Shown one piece after another: positions 22,041 through 33,585 of a DNA stretch of 64,000 bases. Every line of letters begins with the position of its first letter. Position 1 is the first letter of the stretch. The notes under the pieces were generated by a model, which saw only the letters and a program-made list of their open reading frames with translations, ran no database searches and was not told the DNA's origin. Location: contig CP136572.1 in NCBI GenBank assembly GCA_035193785.1, positions 1,216,001 to 1,280,000 of the forward strand. The letters are read 5' to 3'. The DNA is from Planktothrix sp. GU0601_MAG3. GTDB taxonomy: Bacteria > Cyanobacteriota > Cyanobacteriia > Cyanobacteriales > Microcoleaceae. A program made the translations under genes and the position numbers.

Positions 22041-23121
22041 ATGGCAGCTTCATTAAAAAAACTCTTAATCGGCACTTCCGTCGCAGTGGGAATCAGCGCA
22101 GTTGCTAGTCTCCCGGCAAAAGCCGCCTCTTTTGACTTTGACAATAGCGAAACCAATTACGCCACCTACACCCACAACCAAGGCAACCTCTGGATTCAAG
22201 GGAATGAAGCTGCCGCGATTAGCGCACTGACCGATGGTAATCTTCAAACCAACGTTGAACTCAACTACACCAATGAAACCAATAGTTTCCAGTGTTGGTT
22301 TTACAGCGACCGCCGGAAAACACACCGCTAAAGTATCCAGCGTTACCACAGATGAATTTAATGCTTTCCAAGGGGAATGGTTAAATGGCCTGTTGAATGC
22401 CTATCAACCTCTGAAAAATGTTTGGACTACCTTAGCAGCACCTTTTCAAAATCTGGCCGTCGAAGCCTTCAAGAGTAGCGTTGGCTTTGGAGATCCCAAT
22501 ATTGCTGAGTTCTCCCTGGACAAAACCGGTGCAATGTCAATGAAAACCATGGGTTTCTTTGACCTCAAGCCTAAAGTTAATACCTTAATTGGTACATATA
22601 GCAACACCCAAATTAATTCACCCCTATCCCAAGCCAATACTGCCCTCAATGAAGTTAATCTGGGGATCAGCACCATTCAAAACAACACTACATACAAGTC
22701 ATTAACAAGCGTACCCTTTAACAGTCTGAGTAACACTAACAAGGGTATACTCAATAACTTCAATAGCCAACTATCAGCATTAAACACTCAAAAAACGACG
22801 CTGACCGCCGGAATTGCCACACTGAACGCGGCCAAGCAACAGGTTGATTCCTTCACCAATGCTCTGAACGGAATTCAGAACTTACAAATCAGTGAAATCG
22901 TTAAGGTTGAACTGGACGGTGTATCAGAGTACGTCTATAGCTTCAACGCCGAAAATTCAGGCTTCGTAGCTAAAGATGATGGCAAATCCTACAGTGGAAT
23001 TTATTCTTGGAGTAAAGCAGGCACACCCGCCGCAGTTCCCGAACCCTCTACCATCTTAGGACTGATGGCCGTCGGTGGTTTGTTCGGTGCAGCCAAACGT
23101 AACGCCAACAAAAAAGCCTAA
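22041..23121 (+). CDS. Cyanobacterial PEP-CTERM surface protein (apparent frameshift at ~22275-22289)
   Basis: Signal peptide MAASLKKLLIGTSVAVG...AKA in the first ORF. C-terminal VPEPSTILGLMAVGGLFGAAKR in the second. Confidence 0.9.
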
Positions 23122-23152
23122 TTTCAGTTTTCGCTAATTTAATCGGAGGATC

Positions 23153-23187
23153 AGAAAAGGAGAGGGATTTAGTTCCTCTCCTTTTTT
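23153..23187. terminator. Bidirectional terminator between the PEP-CTERM and TonB-like genes
   Basis: aaaaggagagggatttagttcctctccttttttt-type hairpin with A- and T-runs on either side. Confidence 0.7.
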
Positions 23188-23198
23188 GTCTATTCGCC

Positions 23199-24618
23199 CT
23201 AAATTCCACCTTCTGGGTTAGATTCCGGCTGGGGGTCTGGGGTTTCCAAAGGTGGAGGAGTTGACTCGGTAGACTCCGGGGGGTTTGGGGTTTCCGAACT
23301 CGGAGGGGATGGCTGTGCTGGGGGTGGAGCAGCAGGTGCGGGAGGATTAGGAGATTTTGGAGTCTGGTTATCAACGGTTTTGCAATTCTCCTGACCGTTA
23401 AACTGAAATTGAATTTGATAGGCCTTGGGTGAACTACTCGGGTCAAAGGTCATTTCTCGAACGGCGGCGATCGCGGCATTATCGAGAACCGGATAACCCG
23501 CAGCCAATAACGGTTCTGGCCCTCGTAAAATTTCTCCCCCTGTCCCAGCAACCACCCCAATTAAAGCCTTCCCGGTTAACTGTTGTTCACAAGCCGCCGC
23601 CGGATATAAACGATTAGCCACCATCGGAGACGCGGTTTCTAAATTGGGATAGTCCGTTAGTAAACTATTCACCCAGTTTAGATAGGCCCCTCCACCTTGT
23701 AACATCGCCGTTTGTTGTTCATTAACCACACCTTCAGGAGTTTCGGGTTGTTGGGCCGGTTGTTGGGCCGGTTGTTGGGCCGGTTGTTGGTCTTTAGCCC
23801 CCTCTCCCCCTTGTAAACCCTGTTGAAGCCCCGCCAAAATTGAACCTTTAGGGTTTTCTGGTTTGATATCGGGATTATTCTCAGGGGGTTGGGTTTCGGT
23901 GGCGGGACTCGGATTATTATTTGGATTGAACACCGAGGGGCTGCAATTGCCATTATTAAACATTGGCGGACAATCCACGTCCTGACCCAATTCCCGAATT
24001 AACTGTTGTCGCAGGGCTAATTCATCCCTCGGAGGTAAATTTCCTGGTTGTTTTGGCTGTCCGGGAACTTCAACCGGGGGAATATTGGAATTATCGAAGC
24101 CGAAAGATGGCCCGGGAACAAAAGATAAAGACGGACTAGAGTTAGGTAAAAACCCAATGGAAACCAGAATTCAGATTATTGGAATTAGACTCCTGGGAAA
24201 TAACCGGAGGTAAACGATAGGTTGGCAAACCAGGGGAATTACTCGGGGGCGGTAGGGGAATATTCGTGGGCCATACGGGAAGGGATGCCCCCGGCATGAA
24301 GTCGGACAGTGCGGGGGGAGGCACAATATTATCGACGGAGGGGACTGGCAGAATGGATAAAGAGGAAGAGAGGGAATTTAAGGGAGTAAAGGAGAGTTTG
24401 GAGGGGGCGGCTGGATAAACACCACTGATTTGTTCGGGGGAAAGTTCCACCACTTGAACTGTGGGAGGGAGTTTGACTGATTGAGAATGGAAATTAATAT
24501 ATTGAATATTGGCCGCAAATACCCCATGCACCCCTAAAGATGCCAACACACACAGGACAACCGGTTGGCGAAAGGTGGAGGGAACAAATTCAATCAAGGA
24601 TGTTGTCGAAGCCGTCAT
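23199..24618 (-). CDS. TonB-like energy transducer (apparent frameshift at ~24160-24164)
   Basis: N-terminal TM with ASLGVHG, Pro-rich spacer and TonB-C-like YPAAAC...GYPVLDNAAIAAV. Removing one base joins the two ORFs. Confidence 0.8.
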
Positions 24619-24837
24619 AATAAATTTTAATTTTAAACTGAAATCGTTCAGGGCTGGGTTTTGAGAATCAGAATCGAAAAACAGGATAAACGTGAATGGG
24701 AGTGATCGCTTAACCCATTATAAATCACTTGATTGGGTAGCGTCGCCCGTTCGACGATATGGGCCGATTTTAGCAAATTATACGGTTTTAAGACTTCCAA
24801 AATTTGCCGATCAGATGTTCAGGGGCAACTCATCAAC

Positions 24838-25158
24838 AATCTAAATTGACTCCCTAGAGTTTTTTGAGAGAGATTTTTTTGTTTTCTATCTGGATTTTTC
24901 TGGTGATGTTTTAGGTATTTAGGATTAGAATATTTATTAACTTGTTCCCCATGATTGAATTAATTATTTGTGGTGTTTAGCTTTAAAATTTGGGAACTTG
25001 GCTCGACCTTCAAACTTCCAAGAAGTTTTTATAGGCTCTATCTAAATTGATAGCTACGGATTGCAAAATCGACGAATAACAATACTCAACCTCGACCCAG
25101 TATTTCCCTGACCGCAATTCATCCCACCTGGCTTTAGGGGTTCAGAGGTGAGACTTGG
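24838..25158 (-). mobile_element. Decayed IS200/IS605-family element: tnpB fragments plus end hairpin
   Basis: Minus-strand translations give CYSSILQSVAINLDRAYKNF-[7-nt insertion]-FEGRAKFPNFKAKHHK and NHGEQVNKYSNPKYLKHHQKNPDRKQKNLSQKTLGSQFR, both TnpB-like. Hairpin ttcatcccacct...aggtgagactt at ~25118-25156. Confidence 0.7.
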
Positions 25159-25273
25159 GCGCGAAGATGCTAAAAATTTCACTTTCCAGCCATCTCTGAG
25201 TCTAATATATTGTGTTGATTAGGGATTCTATTGCTGTTAAAATTAAAGAACTAAAGTAAAGGAGAATATTGAT

Positions 25274-26203
25274 TTGGAAAATATCGGCAAAATCCCCTTA
25301 AAAGATGAATGGCGTAATCGCTGGATAATCATTAAAGAATTTATGCAGCATCCGATTAGGGAAACCTCGTTTTTGCAGGACAAATTTCTGGCATCTGAAC
25401 TTTATACTAATATAGCCAAACGAGATCCCGATCTTCATAATCCCAATATTCCCCAATGGCTAAATTTTGGCTATTGGAAAGAAGAAACCACCTATAATGG
25501 TGCTTGCACCGCTTTAGCTCGTAAATTAGGAGAAATCGCCGAACTTCAAGCTGGAGATCAAGTTTTAGATGTCGGGTTTGGTTTTGCTGAACAAGATTTA
25601 CTTTGGGTGCGGGAAAATCAGGTTGATTCAATTGTTGGACTAAATACAACGGAGCTACAAGTAGAAATTGCTCAAGAAAGAGTCGCTAAAATGGGGTTAG
25701 CTGATCGAATAAATCTTCAGGTAGGCTCGGCTACAAAAATCCCTTTTCCAGAGAACTCTTTTGATAAAGTTACAGCCTTAGAATGTGCTTTTCATTTTGA
25801 TACTCGTGAGGATTTTTTTGCTGAAGCCTTTCGAGTTTTGCGCCCAGGTGGAAAGCTGGCTTTAGCAGATTGTTTGCCTAGGGAGGGACGAGAAATTAAC
25901 TTTTGGCTGAAGGTTAATAGTAAGAAAATGTGCATTCCTTTCGTCAATCAATATGATCGGCATACCTATGTAGAGAAACTAAAAAAACATGGTTTTGTTA
26001 ATATCCAAGCTATCCCCATTAGCGAATATGTTTGGCCGGCAATGGTGCATTATTTTGCCCAAGTTAGCCAGGGAGTTAGCAAGCATGATTTAGTTATTGA
26101 TCTGCAAAAAGATAACCCAGGAATTGAGGTTTGGTCGAGAAATAAGGGGTGGTTTATGGCATTTGATGATTATCTTTTATTTTCTGGAGAAAAACCCCAT
26201 TAA
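25274..26203 (+). CDS. mcyJ: SAM-dependent O-methyltransferase, McyJ-like (microcystin Adda O-methyltransferase)
   Basis: WLNFGYWKEETTYNGAC.ALARKLGE, VLDVGFGFAEQD, ALECAFHFDTREDFF, INFWLKVNSKKMCIPFVNQYDR and GWFMAFDDYLLFSGEKP match McyJ as I recall it. TTG start with a GGAG RBS. Confidence 0.85.
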   Translation: MENIGKIPLKDEWRNRWIIIKEFMQHPIRETSFLQDKFLASELYTNIAKRDPDLHNPNIPQWLNFGYWKEETTYNGACTALARKLGEIAELQAGDQVLDVGFGFAEQDLLWVRENQVDSIVGLNTTELQVEIAQERVAKMGLADRINLQVGSATKIPFPENSFDKVTALECAFHFDTREDFFAEAFRVLRPGGKLALADCLPREGREINFWLKVNSKKMCIPFVNQYDRHTYVEKLKKHGFVNIQAIPISEYVWPAMVHYFAQVSQGVSKHDLVIDLQKDNPGIEVWSRNKGWFMAFDDYLLFSGEKPH

Positions 26204-26219
26204 CTAGATTAAACTAGCT

Positions 26220-26515
26220 ATGACTAATCACTATCCCAGTACACCAAAAAAAACAGACAAATTCCCCTGAGATTAATATTAATTTTCCCCTTTGTATGGC
26301 AAATTATGGGTGTACTGGGATTAGTTGGTTATCCTTTTTATCGTGGTGGAAAAAAAGCGGTAGAAGATATCGCAAAATCTTTGATGCTAGAAATCGGCGA
26401 TCGCATTGACAAAAATCCAAACAACTATTGGCAAAAACCATAAGGAATTTACCCATAATAATCTCGCTGCGATCAAACTCGGTATTTTAAATGATCAAGA
26501 TTTTTCAGAAACTAC
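26220..26515 (+). pseudogene. Degraded N-terminus of a Cache-domain sensor protein
   Basis: Broken frames give RQIPLRLILIFPFVWQIMGVLGLVGY...KAVEDIAKSLMLEIGDRIDKN and HNNLAAIKLGILN, typical of cyanobacterial TM-dCache sensor N-termini. Contains stops and frameshifts that are not at GAAC. Confidence 0.6.
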
Positions 26516-28937
26516 ATGAAACTATTTAATCGGCAATTTTTTCCTTATCAAAAATCAGAATTATTCAAGCTAATTGTGATTAATATTTGTTTGGGAATTG
26601 CTTACCTTCTGGCAGTAAGATTTAGCATCAATATTACATCTGTAAATGGTTCTTCTGCGATTTGGTTGCCAGCAGGTATGGTTTTAGCTGCTGTAATTTT
26701 ATTCGGTTCAAAAGTATTTCCAGCAATTGCTTTTGGTTCAATAGTAGGATTAATTGATAACCATGATTCTATAAAATCTGTTACGGATTTGATTTTGATT
26801 AATATTGCTTGTATTTTAGCTAATTATTTACAACCTTTATTGATTACATCACTACTTAAAAAACATACTGACATTAAAAATTTGTTTAATAGTATTAATG
26901 GAGTGATTACTTTTTTTGTTTTATCCTGCTTTTTAGTTCCCGCATTGTCCCCGATTTTGATCGTTAATACTGCTGTTTATATCGGGTTATATCCAGCCGA
27001 AGATTACTGGGATTCTTTCTTGACAATGTGGGCAGCTAGTGCCTTGGGTCATGTAATTTTTACTCCCCTATTTTTAATTCATACTATTCGTCCTGTCCCG
27101 GGATCAAAGAAACTGCCCCCGAAAATCAAATTATCAATAATCGGCTTTGTGAGCATTGGTACAATTGTAATTTTATGGATAACTTTTATCAAAAATATTT
27201 CTGTTGAATATATTTTCTTGCTATTACTTATTTTAACTGTATTTACTTTAGGTAAAAAGTTTTCAATTGTGATGGTAGCCATCGTTTCATCTGTGAGTAT
27301 TATTGCCACTGCCCTAGGATTGGGCCCGTTTGTCAAAGCATCACCGAATCAATCTTTATTTTTAGTTCAATTATTTATTGGGGTTTTTGCGGTTACTTCT
27401 CTGATCCTATCAGCCATAATTGATGAAAAGCAAAAAGCAACTAACAAATTAGAATCAACGCTGGCTAATTTAGAAAATACAGTCCAACAACGAACCTTAC
27501 AACTGGAAAAAGCCAAAGAAAAAGCGGAAGTTGCCAATCAAGCCAAAAGTATTTTTATTGCGAATATGAGCCATGAATTGCGATCGCCTTTGAATGCAAT
27601 TTTAGGGTTTTCTCAAATCATGCTCAGAACTCCCAATCTTCCCCCAGAAACAGTTAGAAAATGCTGGAATTATCTATCACAGTGGGGATTATCTTTTAAC
27701 CTTAATTAATAATATTCTGGATTTATCTAAAATTGAAGCCGGAAAAACTGCCCTAAATCTCACCCACTTTGATTTATATCAATTGTTAGATGATTTAGAA
27801 GATATGTTGTACCTCGGAGCGGCGAATGCGGGATTAAATTTAATCTTTGAGCGAGATTCTTCCGTTCCCCAATATATTTATGCTGATCAAGTTAAGCTCC
27901 GTCAAGTTTTAATTAATTTACTCAGTAATGGGATTAAATTTACCCCCAGAGGTGGGGTGACTTTAATGGTGTTGCAACGAGAAACTAAAGACACCAATAG
28001 GGTCATATTGGAGTTTCAAGTTCGGGACACCGGGGTGGGAATTTCTCCCCAAGAATTTCCAAAACTCTTTCAGATATTTACCCAAGCCCAAGCCGGAAAG
28101 GAATCCCAAGAAGGGACGGGTTTAGGATTAGCTATTAGTCAGAAATTTGTACAATTAATGGGGGGAGAAATTCAAGTTGAAAGCCAATTGAATCAAGGGA
28201 CAACCTTTAGATTCCAAATTCCAGCCCAACGGATTCAAAATTCACCAGATAAGCCAACGGAAGCCCATCGGATTGTATCGGGTTTAGTTAAAGGTCAACC
28301 GACCTACAAATTGCTAACAGTTGATGATAAAGAAGTGAATCGAAAATTATTAATTCAACTTTTACAACCCCTAGGATTTGAGATAAAGGAAGCCGGAAAT
28401 GGACTAGAAGCGATCGCCATTTGGAACCAATGGGAACCCCATTTAATTTGGATGGATATGCGAATGCCGGTGATGGATGGCTATGAAGCGACAAAATATA
28501 TTAAATCTACAACAAAAGGCAATGCCACCGCTATAATTGCCTTAACTGCCAGTGTTTTAGAGGAGGAAAAAGCCATTGTCCTCTCGGCTGGATGTGATGA
28601 TTTTATTCGCAAACCCTTTACAGAAAATAATATTTTTGAGGCATTAACCAAACATTTAGGTGTAAAATATATTTATTTAGAAACAAAACCTTATGTGTTA
28701 GATGTTACCCCAGATAGTAACTCGATGTCTCAACAATTAACCCGTATGTCTAAAGAGTGGATATTTCAGCTATATCAAGCTAGTCTGGAAGCAGATACGG
28801 GTCTAGTTATACAGTTAATTGCACAAATTCCTAATATAGAGACTCATTTGATACAATCCCTTACACGACTTGTGCGTAAATTTCAATTTGAACAGATTAT
28901 TAACCTAGTCGAACCCCTAATTAATCATGAACCCTGA
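26516..28937 (+). CDS. MASE1 hybrid histidine kinase/response regulator (apparent frameshift at ~27647-27651)
   Basis: Multi-TM region with IWLPAG (MASE1), H-box [16 protein letters not shown] boxes ([27 protein letters not shown]) and receiver [13 protein letters not shown]. Confidence 0.9.
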
Positions 28938-30345
28938 TTTAGCCACGGAAAACAAAGGGAATATTCTTCTGGTTGATGATCTACCAGAGAATTTACAATT
29001 ACTTAGTGATTTGTTAATTAAACTGGGCTATACGGTTCGCAGTGTCACCAGTGGCAGAATGGCACTTAAAACTATTCAAATCAAGCAACCGGATGTTATT
29101 TTTTTAGATATTAAGATGCCAGAAATGGACGGTTATCAGGTCTGTCAAGCTTTGAAAGCCGATGAAAACTTATCCCATATTCCAGTTATTTTTATTAGTG
29201 CTTTAAACGATGTTTTTGATAAAGTTAAGGCGTTTCAGTCCGGTGGGATTGACTATATTACTAAACCTTTTCAAGTGGAGGAAGTTGTCGCCCGTCTGGA
29301 AAGTCAGTTAACTATTCAACGACAACAAAGACTTCTGGAACGGGAAATTATTAAACGTAGAGATGCCGAGGAAGTGTTATATCAATCCCGGGCACTATTA
29401 TCAAGTATATTAAATAGTTCCCTTGATGGCATTGCGGCTTTACAGGCCCTACGGGAACCCGAAACCGGGGAAATTAAGGATTTTAGGTGTTTAGTGGTTA
29501 ACCCCATCTTAGCGAGGGTTTTTGACCACACTCGGGAGGATATAATAGGGAAAGTTATCCTCAAAAGACTCCTAAATCGCATTCAGCCAGAACTGTTTTA
29601 TCGTTTTGTTAAAGTTGTTGAAACCGGGGAATCCTTAGAACAGGATGTTTACTATCCCGTTGGGGACTCCTACTGGTATCATTTTGTAGCAGTCAAGTTG
29701 GGGGATGGTTTTTCCATTACCATTCGTGATATTACCTCTCGCAAAAAAACCGAACTCGCCCTTCAAGAAGCTAACCAAAAATTAAAAGAACTCGCTAATC
29801 TCGATAGTTTAACTCAGATCGCTAATCGTCGCCGTTTTGATGCTGTTCTGCAAAGGGAATGGGAGGTTTTAGCTCAACAACAACGACCCTTGACCCTGAT
29901 TATATTTGATATCGACGGTTTCAAACTCTATAATGACCATTACGGTCATCTGGCGGGGGATGATTGCCTCGCCCGGATTGCTCAAGCGGTGTATCAAGGT
30001 ACTCGCCATCAGGATTTGCGCCGCCCCATCGACCTCGTAGCCCGTTATGGGGGAGAGGAATTTATTGTCCTTTTATCAGCAAAGGATTTAGCCACAGGAA
30101 TTCAGGTTGCAGAACGAATTCAGCAGGTGATTTACCGTTTAAAAATTCCCCATGAATACTCTAATGTTAGGGAAATTGTCACCGTCAGTTTGGGTATTGC
30201 TTCACTAATTCCCAGTTTAGAAGTTCAGCCGAATCAGTTAATTGAACTAGCGGATCAAGCGTTATATAATGCTAAAGAACAAGGACGCGATCGCTATTGT
30301 ATTAGTAGTAATTCTAATCTGGAACAGGCAATAGGGAATGGGTAG
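28927..30345 (+). CDS. REC-PAS-GGDEF diguanylate cyclase
   Basis: Receiver FLDIKMPEMDG, DSLTQIANRR and ARYGGEEF. Overlaps the kinase stop. Confidence 0.92.
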   Translation: MNPDLATENKGNILLVDDLPENLQLLSDLLIKLGYTVRSVTSGRMALKTIQIKQPDVIFLDIKMPEMDGYQVCQALKADENLSHIPVIFISALNDVFDKVKAFQSGGIDYITKPFQVEEVVARLESQLTIQRQQRLLEREIIKRRDAEEVLYQSRALLSSILNSSLDGIAALQALREPETGEIKDFRCLVVNPILARVFDHTREDIIGKVILKRLLNRIQPELFYRFVKVVETGESLEQDVYYPVGDSYWYHFVAVKLGDGFSITIRDITSRKKTELALQEANQKLKELANLDSLTQIANRRRFDAVLQREWEVLAQQQRPLTLIIFDIDGFKLYNDHYGHLAGDDCLARIAQAVYQGTRHQDLRRPIDLVARYGGEEFIVLLSAKDLATGIQVAERIQQVIYRLKIPHEYSNVREIVTVSLGIASLIPSLEVQPNQLIELADQALYNAKEQGRDRYCISSNSNLEQAIGNG

Positions 30346-30349
30346 TTAT

Positions 30350-30383
30350 GAATTACGAATTACGAATTACGAATTACGAATTA
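30350..30383. repeat. Heptamer STRR (GAATTAC)n
   Basis: Tandem gaattac units. Confidence 0.8.
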
Positions 30384-30554
30384 AGCCATAAAAATAGTTT
30401 ACATCCCCTACTCCCCCTACGAGGTTGTAATAATTTTAAACGTCTATGAAACAGCTAAAAGTATTTACCCTATTGCCCATTGCCTATTCCATTTTGCTCA
30501 GAAATTTTTAACACCAATCAAATAGGATTGCTATACATTTATAGTTTTTGCGCT

Positions 30555-31344
30555 TTATTCTTTTTTATTATTAACAAAATCTGTGAGAAAAGATAACGGA
30601 TTACTCATCTCGGCTGCGAAACCGAGGATGCCGGGATCTCGATGTTCATACAGCAATTCCCCTTGATTATTAAATAAGAAAGTGGCTCCTCGTTGGGTTA
30701 GATAAGCTTCCTGGGGAACATAACTTTTCCAGTTTCTCAACACTTCCCCCATATTTCGCAGTCGCAACGTGGCTAACTCAAAGGGACGCTGAAAGCCCTG
30801 ACCTCCTGCTAGTTTGAAGAATGAAACCTTTGAGTGGGGGTAAAGGAGGTGCTTGAATTATTTCTTCATCCCCAATTAATTGAGGGGCTTTTTTATCACC
30901 CCGATAGCCCCGGAATACTTCCGCTAAAGTACCCGGGCTACCAATTCCAGCACACATCAGCATTAAGTTGAGATAAGCGTTGACACCCGGCGATAAACCG
31001 GGGAGTTTGAGGGATAAACCTGGATAAAGATTTAGGGTTTGATGCAGGTCGGCGGTGGGGTCAACAAATAAACAATCTGGGGGAAATCCTGTATAGTCAC
31101 AGAATTGTTGTCCTGAAGTGCGATCGCCAATTCCTACGGCTCGAATTGCGATGCCTTGCGCTTGCAGTTGTTCGGCTTCTCGTTGTAACCACCAAGCATA
31201 CTCCAAGCTATCGAAATCTCCCAATTGGGGCCAGATTAGCACGAGTTGCCAGGGTGAGGATTCACAACCGCTCAATAGAGAGGTTACGGCTCCATCACTG
31301 ACCCGTTGCCGCTGAGTTTGACTTAAGAGTGTGTAGATATTCAT
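30555..31344 (-). CDS. Peroxiredoxin-like (AhpC/TSA_2) family protein (apparent frameshift at ~30823-30827)
   Basis: WPQLGDFDSLEYAWWL, LMCAGIGSPGTL and (corrected) GFQRPFELATLRLRNM...TQRGATFLF. Confidence 0.85.
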
Positions 31345-31418
31345 TTAGCTACCTGTTGTCATTTCTTTGTAAATGTACACTTTATAGAGGAGTTACACAG
31401 ATTAATTAGATTTTTATA

Positions 31419-31568
31419 TTATTCAATGCCCTGAGTTAAAGCAGAATAGTTCATAGCCGCTTTTTCAATAACAATTGCATAACGTTTCATTGGTTAATTC
31501 CTCCTAAAATTTAAAGATGAATTTGAGCTTGTTTAATAATACTGTTTAATGTTCCTGGTGCTTTAATC
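31419..31568 (-). pseudogene. hicA-hicB toxin-antitoxin remnant
   Basis: Minus strand gives APGTLNSIIKQAQIHL* (HicA C-terminus-like), then a GGAGG RBS and MKRYAIVIEKAAMNYSA... (HicB N-terminus-like), which stops after 23 aa. Confidence 0.6.
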
Positions 31569-31578
31569 AATCAAACCC

Positions 31579-31755
31579 GTAGGGGCGGGTTCAACAAAAT
31601 CTGACAAATTCCGCCAATAATCTTTATAAACCCGCCCAACCCTACCAAGATTTAACGTTAATAAAATCGGGTTTATATTGATTTTTATTACGGGGATGGG
31701 CGGGTTTATCAAGGTTAATTGTTATTAATAAAAATTCGGGTGAACCCGCCCCTAC
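31579..31755. repeat. REP-like GTAG(G)GCGGGTT...AACCCGCCC..CTAC elements
   Basis: gtaggggcgggttcaa...aaacccgcccaaccctac and gggcgggttt...gaacccgcccctac inverted pairs. Confidence 0.65.
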
Positions 31756-31790
31756 ATTCAGTAAAAAAAAGAAAGGTAAAGGGTAAATGG

Positions 31791-33585
31791 CTAAGGAGTC
31801 CACGCAGGCGGCAAGGAAACAACACGAAATCCGAAGAACCCGTACCGACTGCCCGGCCCGTTCCTATTACGATAGGCACAGCGGCAATACCTGGGATTGA
31901 TGTTCCACGAAACCTCCGCGTAACACCCGGTATTGCGTATTTCCCCCAGACTCCCAAACACTGCCATCAGTGGGCGCACCCTGATAATTTTTATGCCAAG
32001 GGTCGGCGCACCATTCGTAAACGTTACCGTGCATATCGTATAAACCAAAGGCGTTGGGGGGAAAACTACCCACAACGGTTGTCTTTCCTCGATAAATCCC
32101 TTTTGGCCCGGAGCCATAGGTATAGTTACCGTCATAATTGACTAAATCGGTGGTGATGGTTTCTCCGAAATAAAACGGGGTGGTAGTTGCAGCGCGACAG
32201 GCATATTCCCATTCCGCTTCACTGGGTAAACGATAGCTACGTCCGGTAAATTGAGAGAGGCGATCGCAAAATTCTACTGCATCATACCAATTTACCTGTT
32301 CAACGGGTAAGTTATCCCCTTTAAAACCGGAGGGGTCGGAATTAAGATCAATCTGACGTTTGGGTAAACCAGCTACCGCCCGCCATTGGGCTTGAGTCAC
32401 AGCATATTGACCGATCAAAAAAGAGGCTATATTAACAGTATGCTGCGGCTCTTCATGGTTTAATCGTTCTAGTTCATTGCTAGGGGAACCCATGCGGAAC
32501 GTCCCGGCTGGAATTACTGCTAAATCTAATATTATCCCATTGATATTTTCACTCAAGATTTGGGACTGGACTTGCCTACGGTTGGTAATTTTTCCAGTGG
32601 AGTTAACGGTTACGGTTTCAAAACTAACGGTTTTTAAAGAGGGTGTCGGTTTAACCGTTAATTGCTGTAATCCTGGTAATTTGAAGGGATTGGGGGAGGG
32701 TGTCGGTTTAACAGTTAATTGTAATGCTTCTAAAACTTCTTGTGCAGTTTGAAAACGTTTTTTTGTTCCCTGCTGTAAAAGTTTATCTAAGACTTGACCT
32801 AAAGTATTATTGACTGTAACTGTTAAATAATCTCGCCACACCCAATCCCCCTCGCCACTATCAAATAAATCAAAGGGTTCCTTATTAGTGAATAAATGAA
32901 TACAAGTTACCCCCAAACTATATAAATCACTGGCAAAGATCGGTTTTCCTAACGCTTGTTCCGGTGCGACATATCCGGCTGAACCAATCACTGTTCCTGT
33001 CACCGCTAACGCCGTTCTAGTCGCTGCTTTAGCTGCTCCAAAATCCACTAAAACTAATTTATTATCGGTCTGTCTCCTAATAATATTTTCTGGTTTAATA
33101 TCTCGATGAATTACTGGTTTTTGATGAACAAATGCTAAAACAGGTAATAAATCCCCCAACAAATTAATAATTTTAGTTTCTGAAAATGCCCCGGTTTCGG
33201 CTAATTCTTGAGCCAAATTTTGCCCTGGAATATATTCTTGAACGAGATATTGACGGCTATCTTGGATAAAATGGGCAAATAATTCAGGAATTTGTTGATG
33301 TTTGCCTAACTGTTCTAACTGTATGGCTTCTTGTTTAAAAAGTTCTCCGGCTTTTTCTTGATTATTCGTGCCTTGAGCTTGGGGTAAAAATTGTTTAATT
33401 ACACAATAGGGTTGGGAAGGTTTATCTTCATCAATGGCTAGAAACGTTCTGCCAAATCCCCCTTGTCCTAATATTTTTAAAGCTCGATATCGTTCCCTTA
33501 ATATTAATTTATAACCGCATTTTTGACAAAAAATTGTGGTTTTAGAATTGAGTTGGAGGCAATCGGGGTTAAGGCATTGACTCAT
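31791..33585 (-). CDS. Ser/Thr protein kinase fused to a formylglycine-generating-enzyme (FGE-sulfatase/CLec) domain (apparent frameshift at ~31909-31913)
   Basis: N-terminal CLNPDC...CQKCG, LGQGGFGRT, HRDIKPEN and DFG. FGE motifs RLPSEAEWEYACRA and NAFGLYDMHGNVYEWC. Corrected end is RGGSWNINPRYCRCAYRNRNGPGSRYGFFGFRVVSLPPAWTP*. Confidence 0.92.

Noticed and set aside
31791..33585. Complete DGR cassette
   Set aside because: No reverse transcriptase, Avd or AAC-rich template repeat was seen in the window. Only a candidate target is present.
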